Shown: positions 7,487-13,911 of the stretch, piece after piece
Layout: each line of letters begins with the position of its first letter
How positions within the stretch are numbered: position 1 is the stretch's first letter
NCBI GenBank assembly: GCA_033764315.1
Contig: JANRJA010000147.1
Location: forward strand, 1 to 13,911
DNA from: Oculatellaceae cyanobacterium bins.114
GTDB lineage: Bacteria > Cyanobacteriota > Cyanobacteriia > Elainellales > Elainellaceae
Reading direction: 5' to 3'
Length of the DNA stretch: 13,911 nucleotides
The notes under the pieces: generated by a model
Seen by the model: only the letters and a program-made list of their open reading frames with translations
What the model was told of the DNA's origin: nothing
Databases searched by the model: none
Translations under genes and position numbers: made by a program

Positions 7487-7512
7487 AATATGTCATGAAA
7501 TCCTGACATATT
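7487..7512. promoter_or_regulatory. Perfect inverted repeat AATATGTCA-N8-TGACATATT, candidate operator
   Basis: 9-bp perfect arms with an 8-bp spacer, in the divergent intergenic region between the DUF2993 and DUF4912 genes. Confidence 0.5.
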
Positions 7513-7569
7513 GATCCCCGTTTTACCTGAAAAACCGTAGATCCGTTCTAAATTCAGCTTATTAGACTC

Positions 7570-7598
7570 TTGACCAGTGACTCTTTTTTCTGCACTAT
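7570..7598 (+). promoter_or_regulatory. Candidate sigma70-type promoter for the DUF4912 gene
   Basis: TTGACC (7570-7575), a 17-bp spacer and CACTAT (7593-7598). This would give a leader of about 220 nt. Confidence 0.45.
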
Positions 7599-7704
7599 AA
7601 GGCTATTCAAGTGATCCCCAAGCGATCCCAAAAACATTATGTTTGCTCTTAGATATCTTGTGTTGACCGTTGACTGTTATCTCTTGGGATCCTTCTAACT
7701 GGTC

Positions 7705-7755
7705 TTAACTCTTACTTGGGTTTTGACTCTCACTTGGATTTTTAGCTCTCACCTG
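7705..7755 (+). repeat. Three degenerate 18-19 bp tandem units
   Basis: TTAACTCTTACTTGGGTT (7705-7722), TTGACTCTCACTTGGATT (7723-7740) and TTAGCTCTCACCTG (7742-7755). Confidence 0.6.
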
Positions 7756-7825
7756 TGAAACAAAATTTTCCCTTCACTCAGATGGGTTTTGTTTTATCCG
7801 CAGCCAACACATTGGAGATTTATCC

Positions 7826-9055
7826 ATGACTAAGGAACGTCCACCTCTTGAGGATTTGACCCTCAGACAACTTCGCAAAATTGCCAGCGAATATAGCATT
7901 TCTCGCTATAGCCGTATGCGTAAGGAGCAATTGTTGACTTCGATTCAAGAAGCTCAACAGGCGGCGAAGTACCCTCCAGTAGCATCACCTCGATCTTTAG
8001 CAGCGCAAGAAGAAGTGGAAGCAGCAAAATTTGATGTAGGACAAACTGACCGAACCGGTGGCTTATTGGCAGCTGTCGATGAAGGCTTACCGGATCTGCC
8101 CGATGGCTATGGGGAAAGCCGCATTGTGCTTTTGCCTCGTGATCCCCAGTGGGCTTACACCTATTGGGATATCCCCAACAGCCACAAAGAAGATTTGCGT
8201 CGGCAAGGCGGTATTCGCTTAGCCCTTCGGTTTTATGATGTGACCGATATTGATATTAATTACCAACGCCCTCACAGTTTGCAGCAATATGAATGTGATG
8301 AGTTGTCACGGGAATGGTATTTGCCTGTTCCAGTGAGCGATCGCGACTATGTTGTTGAGATTGGTTATGTCGCTGGCGATGGTCGTTGGTTGCTCTTAGC
8401 CCGTTCGGCTCAGGTTCGGATTCCTCCCGTATATCCCTCTGACTGGATTGATGACCAGTTCATTACGGTTGGTTGGGATGAGGATCTGCGTGGTAAGAAG
8501 TTCCTTGAACTGGTGCCTCCTAGCAAGCGTGTAGCAGCCCCTGGAGCAGTCGCTGGTGGTAACGCCATCTATGATGAAATCTTTGGCATGGCTCAATCTG
8601 CCGAAGCTCAGCGGGTTGTAGGGTCTCTCTATGGCTCGATGCAAATGGTGCCAGAGCAAGCTGTCAGTTCTTACATTTTCCCATCGGGTGTGGGTATGTG
8701 GGCACTGCCAACAATGTCTATGTCGGGGATCGGTATGTCAGGCGTTGGGTTCTCTGCGTCGGCTCCACCCATTCGTCCTCGTCAGTTCTGGTTAGTGGCT
8801 GATGCTGAGCTTATTGTCTATGGTGCAACTGAGCCAGACGCCACAGTGACGATTGGGGGTCGCCCGATCAAACTCAACCCAGATGGCACATTCCGCTTCC
8901 AGATGTCCTTCCAGGATGGCTTAATTGATTACCCCATCTTGGCAGTCGCTGCTGATGGTGAACAAACCCGCGCGATTCACATGAAGTTTACTCGCGAAAC
9001 TCCAGAGCGTCGCACGAATACTAAGGAAGAAGCCGTTCAAGAATGGTTGGTATAA
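7826..9055 (+). CDS. DUF4912 domain protein with an N-terminal Rho_N-like module
   Basis: 409 aa. Rho_N-like LEDLTLRQLRKIASEYSISRYSRMRKEQL; DUF4912 LPDGYGESRIVLLPRDPQWAYTYWD; conserved C-terminal FWLVADAELIVYGATEPDA. GGAG RBS at 7814-7817. Confidence 0.92.
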   Translation: MTKERPPLEDLTLRQLRKIASEYSISRYSRMRKEQLLTSIQEAQQAAKYPPVASPRSLAAQEEVEAAKFDVGQTDRTGGLLAAVDEGLPDLPDGYGESRIVLLPRDPQWAYTYWDIPNSHKEDLRRQGGIRLALRFYDVTDIDINYQRPHSLQQYECDELSREWYLPVPVSDRDYVVEIGYVAGDGRWLLLARSAQVRIPPVYPSDWIDDQFITVGWDEDLRGKKFLELVPPSKRVAAPGAVAGGNAIYDEIFGMAQSAEAQRVVGSLYGSMQMVPEQAVSSYIFPSGVGMWALPTMSMSGIGMSGVGFSASAPPIRPRQFWLVADAELIVYGATEPDATVTIGGRPIKLNPDGTFRFQMSFQDGLIDYPILAVAADGEQTRAIHMKFTRETPERRTNTKEEAVQEWLV

Positions 9056-9067
9056 GCCCCTGATCTG

Positions 9068-9129
9068 GCTGAGAAACTAGATTTCTACTGGTAATGCACT
9101 GAAGTTCTGCTGAGAAATCTGGTTTCTAC
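9068..9129. repeat. Two copies of an AGAAACCGGGTTTCT-type palindromic repeat, period 41 bp
   Basis: GCTGAGAAACTAGATTTCTAC (9068-9088) and GCTGAGAAATCTGGTTTCTAC (9109-9129). Confidence 0.7.
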
Positions 9130-9154
9130 CGATCTAACAGTTTGCTAACCTCCT

Positions 9155-9178
9155 CCCCGTCGTTGACGGGGTTTTTTT
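9155..9178 (+). terminator. Rho-independent terminator of the DUF4912 gene
   Basis: 7-bp stem CCCCGTC-GTT-GACGGGG followed by T7, located between convergent genes. Confidence 0.85.
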
Positions 9179-9983
9179 ATGGTTTAGATTGAGTCGGTGC
9201 AGAATGAGACGGATTGATGATGTGTTGGAAGTTGGTACTACGAAACACGTTGAATAGAATAAGTCCTGCGATCGCCAGGGCGGCCAATGACGTCGCCAGG
9301 GAAAACGCTTGAGGAATCCAGGATGGCATTGATGATGCTTCCTGAATGGTGGTTTTTTTGCCTGAGGTGATGCGAGTTGTCGATGTCACCCGTGAGGGAG
9401 TGGTAGTGGTAATGCGGGATGGAGCACCAGACGGATAAGGTTGTCCTTGAATGGCAGAGTTAACTTGTGCTCCGGTTGCTACTCGGAGTCGCTGTAATTT
9501 TTGGCTAACGGCGATTGGGCGTTGTCCTGTCCGGCACCATTGCAATAGAGCGGGTCCGGTGATGGCACACAGGTTGTTTGCCTGAATGTCATAGATCCGT
9601 TGCAACATAGAGCGATCGCTACTGACCAGCACAACTAAACTGGCTGGGTGCTCTTGAGACAACGCATAAGAACATTTGCCAACTGCCAGAGAAATACGGC
9701 TGCGTCGAGTCAGGGCTTGACCAGAGCCTGACTTAAGCACCGCATGATGAGCCGTTGCCTCACTGATCTGCCAACCACTGGTAGCATAAAAGCGATTAAA
9801 GGCTCTAGCGATGCGCTCTAGATCAGGATCAGGAGAGCGATCGAACAAAAACTTCATCTCTTCGTAAACGACTTGGGGCACGATGCAACTGCCTACCCGC
9901 GAAAACTCTAACCATTCTCGTGGTGTTGCTGAGGACAACGCGCCAATATCCAAAACCAAAATAACGGGAGGAATCGCCGCCAT
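9177..9983 (-). CDS. PIN-like domain protein with a Ser/Thr-rich linker and a single C-terminal TM helix
   Basis: PIN-type pattern VILVLD...IVPQVVYEEM...VVLVSSDRSM; low-complexity linker; hydrophobic AFSLATSLAALAIAGLILFNVF. Its GGAGG RBS lies inside the end of the upstream protease gene. Confidence 0.75.
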   Translation of the reverse strand: MAAIPPVILVLDIGALSSATPREWLEFSRVGSCIVPQVVYEEMKFLFDRSPDPDLERIARAFNRFYATSGWQISEATAHHAVLKSGSGQALTRRSRISLAVGKCSYALSQEHPASLVVLVSSDRSMLQRIYDIQANNLCAITGPALLQWCRTGQRPIAVSQKLQRLRVATGAQVNSAIQGQPYPSGAPSRITTTTPSRVTSTTRITSGKKTTIQEASSMPSWIPQAFSLATSLAALAIAGLILFNVFRSTNFQHIINPSHSAPTQSKP

Positions 9984-9985
9984 TT

Positions 9986-11494
9986 TTAACCTCCAATACC
10001 AAGGCGACCAGCCAAATTAGGGGCTAACGGCAACAACGTTGCTGCCATTAGAAACAATGCCAACAGACCGAGAGCTGCACGCGCATCATCCGGTTCAGAT
10101 AACTCGTTGAGGGGCGGACGTTCTAGATCTCGCTGCAAGAATAAAATCACAATTGCCCAATATAATGCCAACACGTTGACGAGGGCAGCAAGCCCTAAAA
10201 CAATGAGCGTGATAATGGTTGCACGTCCAGCCACTTTACGACCGTAAATGGCTTGCACAACTCGTCCACCGTCTAACTGTCCTGTTGGCAACAAATTAAT
10301 TGCCGTTAATACCAACCCTAACCAACCAACTAATACAAGCGGATGCACCCCGACGATTGGCTGTTGCAACGTATCTCCTAAAATGATGCGTGCCAGTGCG
10401 CCAACCAAAATAGATCCCTGAAACACATTGGACTGTACTTGAAACAAACTACTCGATTGAGATAGTAACAGCCCTACGATCAACAGTACGAATGAAACAA
10501 TGCCACCTGCCGCAGGTCCAGCTAAAGCCACATCAAACAAAACATTGCGATTAGGCAAGAGTGACTCAAATCGGGTAATGGCTCCAAAAGAGGCAATTTC
10601 CCAGGTTGGAATCAAAAAAGGTGGACTTAAACGAACGTTGTGGCGACGAGCCAAGAAGCGGTGGCCCAATTCATGAGCTGCCAGGACGGATAAAATGCCG
10701 ACAGCAATTGGGAAAGTTTCACGAATGCGATCGGGTTGTTGAGAGATATCAAATCCTAACATTAACCCAGCCGTTGCGACACTAGATGCGATCGTTGTGA
10801 GAAATAAAACTAGTGCCAGCAAACCTTGCCACCCAGTATAGGGTTGTGGATCATTGCTGCTAGGTAACACAATCACTGTGGGTCGGTCATCGGGGCCTGC
10901 AACTAAAAAGAGGCGATAGCGATCGCCCACCCGTTCTGCAAGATGGGTTGACAACCGTTCATAACTGGGATTGATTTCACCCCGTAAGTTGCCCTTAAAA
11001 ATGGCACCATCCCGATAGGGAATTGTTTCAGTCGCAAAAAAAGTGTCAATGCCAAAAATGCCTTGAATCAGCTTGAGATCGTCAGCAGGGATAGTCAAGA
11101 CCTCTGGTTCTAAAACCACCTCAACTGGCTTTGGTCGTTCTGGAGGCAAGCCTGTATCGGCAAGAGAAGATTCTGATGATTCGGTTGAGCTTGGGGAGTC
11201 TGTTGAATTAGGAAGAACCGATAAGCGACTAGGTAACGCCGAATTGCCCCCTTCTGCTCGTAACCAACTGCCTAAAAAGATGTAGAGTCCAGCCGAGAGA
11301 ATAATTAAAAAGATGATGCTCACCAGGTTGAGATAGACACCCGCTGTAAACAAGCTAAAAAATAGTAACCAGGGAGCCATCAACACCACAGATTGAAGCC
11401 ATGCCAGAAGGCCAAGCTTGCCAAAGGATCTGGCACGGTAAAAGCCCCAGCCCAACACAACTAACGCGACTAAAAGAATTAAGAGGGTGATCAT
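9986..11494 (-). CDS. Site-2 protease family (peptidase M50, EGY-like) intramembrane zinc metalloprotease
   Basis: HELGH zinc motif in a TM segment, DVALAGP and NLLPTGQLDGG motifs, IFGIDTFFATE and FKGNLRG segments, and multiple TMs. Confidence 0.95.
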   Translation of the reverse strand: MITLLILLVALVVLGWGFYRARSFGKLGLLAWLQSVVLMAPWLLFFSLFTAGVYLNLVSIIFLIILSAGLYIFLGSWLRAEGGNSALPSRLSVLPNSTDSPSSTESSESSLADTGLPPERPKPVEVVLEPEVLTIPADDLKLIQGIFGIDTFFATETIPYRDGAIFKGNLRGEINPSYERLSTHLAERVGDRYRLFLVAGPDDRPTVIVLPSSNDPQPYTGWQGLLALVLFLTTIASSVATAGLMLGFDISQQPDRIRETFPIAVGILSVLAAHELGHRFLARRHNVRLSPPFLIPTWEIASFGAITRFESLLPNRNVLFDVALAGPAAGGIVSFVLLIVGLLLSQSSSLFQVQSNVFQGSILVGALARIILGDTLQQPIVGVHPLVLVGWLGLVLTAINLLPTGQLDGGRVVQAIYGRKVAGRATIITLIVLGLAALVNVLALYWAIVILFLQRDLERPPLNELSEPDDARAALGLLALFLMAATLLPLAPNLAGRLGIGG

Positions 11495-11977
11495 CTGTAA
11501 CGTTGCCTGTCGTGAAAGACAGAGCTATCCAAAACATAGTCCTGCCATTTTTGCCCCACGCTAAACTCAAAATGCAGCCAAATCGGAAGTAATTCACTTC
11601 TGCTAGACCGCATCTACTAAACATCAATTGTTAAATATCAACGATATTTAATAATTATCTAAGGTCTAAAGTATGCGTATCCAAGGAATTTACCTTTCAA
11701 CAGGTCATCCTGAATCTCAAGCGTGAGTTAAACGGGTTCAGGTGGATGCAGCCCTGTCTCTGTTCTAACTATCCTAAAACTATCAATCTACCACTCCGTG
11801 CTTCAACAGACATATCTTGCTATGAAAGTTTAGGTAGCTTAACGATGGTAATGCTGCACCAAGCTTTGTATCGTGAGATGACATGTCTCGTGAGATGCCA
11901 GGGTGATGCGACGATCTCTTTTGCTATCTCTTTGATTATCCGACTCAGCACTCAACATATCTTGCGAAGCCAAGCCC

Positions 11978-12907
11978 TTAGCCCTCAGCCTTGATAGCTT
12001 GAACAGCTTGCCGCAAGTTGCCGTGATGCTGTTGTAACAACCGATCGCCCTCTTCTGAGTTTAAGCCAGTCCAATGCATGAGTAACGCCAATTTAACCCG
12101 GCGATCGCTCTTTTCTAGTAGATCGGCAGCCTCTTCACGGCTGAGATCCGTTAGGTCGTGCAAAATTCGCAGGGCGCGATCGTGTAATTTTTGGTTAGTG
12201 ACGGCAACATCTACCATGCGGTTCCCATAAACCTTACCTAATTGCACCATTGTTGCTGTAGAGAGAATATTCAGTGCCAGTTTGGTGACTGTGCCTGCCT
12301 TGAGCCGCGTTGAGCCTGCCAGCACTTCAGGGCCAACCAGCAGACGAATCTCAATATCCACCTCGGCACTCACCTGATCTGGCGGCACACACGCCATAAA
12401 AACCGTTGTCGCTCCCCGTTGACGAGCTGCTTTGAGGGCACCGTGCACATAGGGAGTAGTGCCCCCAGCCGTGATGCCGACAACGACGTCTTTACTAGTG
12501 ATGTGGTGATGGGCGATCGCCGCCGCTCCATCTTCCGCCAAATCTTCCAACCCTTCCGAGCTTCTCACCAGGGCTGCCGCTCCTCCAGCGATGATGCCCT
12601 GTACTAAGTCTGGAGGCGTGCAAAACGTAGGTGGGCACTCCGCCGCATCTAATACGCCCAACCGTCCACTGGTGCCAGCCCCCACATAAAACAGCCGCCC
12701 TCCTTGTTGCAGTGCCGCAGCCGTGTGCTCGATGGCAGTGGCCAATGACTCACGGGCTTGGGCGATCGCGGTAATCACCTTGGCGTCTTCCTGATTAAAC
12801 AAATCCACCAACTCTAATGGGGTCATTTGGTCGAGGGTCTGGCTCTCAGGGTTGACCTGCTCGGTCAGCAGGTGTCCTCGCTCGGTGAGGTGTTGAATGA
12901 TTTCCAT
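11978..12907 (-). CDS. murQ: N-acetylmuramic acid 6-phosphate etherase
   Basis: TEQVNP, GAGTSGRLGVLDAAECPPTF, GPEVLAGSTRLKAGT and GKVYGNRMVDV. Start placed at ATG 12907 (309 aa) because the longer ORF would overlap the divergent gene. Confidence 0.96.
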   Translation of the reverse strand: MEIIQHLTERGHLLTEQVNPESQTLDQMTPLELVDLFNQEDAKVITAIAQARESLATAIEHTAAALQQGGRLFYVGAGTSGRLGVLDAAECPPTFCTPPDLVQGIIAGGAAALVRSSEGLEDLAEDGAAAIAHHHITSKDVVVGITAGGTTPYVHGALKAARQRGATTVFMACVPPDQVSAEVDIEIRLLVGPEVLAGSTRLKAGTVTKLALNILSTATMVQLGKVYGNRMVDVAVTNQKLHDRALRILHDLTDLSREEAADLLEKSDRRVKLALLMHWTGLNSEEGDRLLQQHHGNLRQAVQAIKAEG

Positions 12908-12992
12908 AACAGAGTCCACTTCAATACAGACGAGTCTATCACCGCTGTGTTTGGCTACAGGAGTAGAATACAGCTTTGACTCCAGAGGACTC

Positions 12993-13802
12993 ATGCATAG
13001 TTTTATTCCACCTGAGCGGTTTTTCCCCTATCTCACCTGGACTGACATTCAAGCCATGCCCGATAAGGAAAATGTGGTGATTGTTCAACCGATTGGGGCC
13101 ATCGAACAGCATGGTCCCCATTTGCCGCTGGTAGTGGATAGTGCGATCGCGACTGCGGTATTGGGTAAAGCCTTGGCAGATCTGCCTTCAGACGTTCCTG
13201 TGTACGCATTGCCACCCCTATGTTACGGCAAATCAAATGAGCACTGGCATTTTCCGGGCACGATTACCCTGACGGCTCAGACCTTGATGGCAGTGTTAAC
13301 TGAAGTGGGTGAAAGCCTCTATCGAGCTGGGTTTCGTAAATGGGTGTTGCTCAACGCTCATGGGGGACAACCCCAAGTGTTGGAAATTGTGGCACGGGAT
13401 CTGCATCAGCAGCATGATGATTTCATGGTGTTTCCGCTGTTTGTCTGGCGAGTCCCTAACAACGCGGCTGATTTTTTGACACCCAAAGAATTGGAATATG
13501 GCATTCATGCCGGAGATGCTGAGACCAGTGTATTGCTGGCGATTTTGCCTGATCAAGTGAAGTTTGAGCGAGCCGTGGCGGAATATCCCGCTGGCTTACC
13601 GACAGACAGCTTGTTGAGCATGGAAGGACAGTTGCCCTTTGCCTGGACGACTCGTGATCTGACTCAGAGTGGGGTTTTGGGCGATCCAACTACGGCAACC
13701 CAAGAGAAGGGCGATCGCATTTTGGCATCGTTAGCCCTGGGGTGGGTGAGGGTGCTGAAGGATATCTATCAATTTCGTCAGCCCAAAGCCTGGAAAACTT
13801 GA
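12993..13802 (+). CDS. Creatininase (creatinine amidohydrolase) family protein
   Basis: PIGAIEQHGPHLP, GKSNEHWHFPGT, NAHGGQ, HAGDAETS and SGVLGDP. ATG at 12993 is preceded by AGAGGA (269 aa). The true substrate cannot be inferred. Confidence 0.93.
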   Translation: MHSFIPPERFFPYLTWTDIQAMPDKENVVIVQPIGAIEQHGPHLPLVVDSAIATAVLGKALADLPSDVPVYALPPLCYGKSNEHWHFPGTITLTAQTLMAVLTEVGESLYRAGFRKWVLLNAHGGQPQVLEIVARDLHQQHDDFMVFPLFVWRVPNNAADFLTPKELEYGIHAGDAETSVLLAILPDQVKFERAVAEYPAGLPTDSLLSMEGQLPFAWTTRDLTQSGVLGDPTTATQEKGDRILASLALGWVRVLKDIYQFRQPKAWKT

Positions 13803-13816
13803 TTCAACTGTAATTC

Positions 13817-13911
13817 AACGTGAATTCGGGATAAGGATTTTGGCGGTTGAAACCGCAACTACAGGAGCAAAACCGACCTGATATGAAATCTGGCTGCTTA
13901 CTTGTTGTCAG
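13817..13911 (+). repeat. Dispersed repeat/MITE arm (copy C), runs off the right edge
   Basis: Begins AACGTGAATTCGGGATAAGG and contains the hairpin GCGGTTGAAACCGC. It is an inverted match to 6404-6548. Confidence 0.88.

Larger units (their letters stand above)
1464..13718. repeat. HIP1 octamer GCGATCGC, dispersed
   Basis: Exact copies read by eye at 1464, 1541, 1603, 1891, 2538, 2827, 3337, 3611, 4349, 5719, 6893, 7161, 7211, 8337, 9268, 9612, 10919, 12101, 12513, 12762, 13143 and 13711. Less than one would be expected by chance. Confidence 0.95.

Noticed and set aside
7347..7825. NtcA site in the divergent promoter region
   Set aside because: No GTA-N8-TAC match found by eye.
9068..9129. 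Possible mini-CRISPR (repeat-spacer-repeat)
   Set aside because: Only two divergent 21-bp units with a 20-bp gap and no cas genes. It matches a common palindromic repeat type.
11746..11994. 82-aa plus-strand ORF, and a 39-aa minus-strand ORF (MLSAESDNQR...) in the same gap
   Set aside because: No recognisable family or strong RBS. Kept only as part of the unexplained-gap finding.
12897..12994. N-terminal extensions of murQ and the creatininase gene given in the ORF track
   Set aside because: They overlap head-to-head, and family similarity plus RBS position support starts at 12907 and 12993.
535..13689. Short ORFs of 60-96 aa overlapping the long genes, e.g. 535-723, 888-1124, 4584-4874, 5815-6072, 8396-8659, 11355-11627 and 13296-13556
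   Set aside because: They are antisense or off-frame shadows of well-supported CDSs with no recognisable motifs.

Overview
Chromosomal window from a filamentous cyanobacterium. The assignment rests on about 22 HIP1 GCGATCGC octamers counted by eye and on a hetZ-patU pair; a non-heterocystous Leptolyngbya-like host is my inference only. Left to right: the 5' end and terminal inverted repeat of an IS701-family element cut by the window edge; a nested MITE/REP cluster; a TgpA-like membrane transglutaminase whose catalytic triad appears lost; the hetZ-patU developmental operon with patU unsplit; a divergent conserved hypothetical gene; a second nested MITE cluster; DUF2993 and Rho_N/DUF4912 genes; a membrane-anchored PIN-like gene tightly coupled to a site-2 (M50) protease gene; murQ; and a creatininase-family gene. 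The genes are mostly ordinary cyanobacterial core. The notable signals are the S2P/membrane-PIN pair (possible intramembrane-proteolysis system), the triad-less transglutaminase, a repeat found three times just after stop codons in the same relative orientation, and nested miniature elements with intact target-site duplications. Family calls come from recalled motifs, not database searches.
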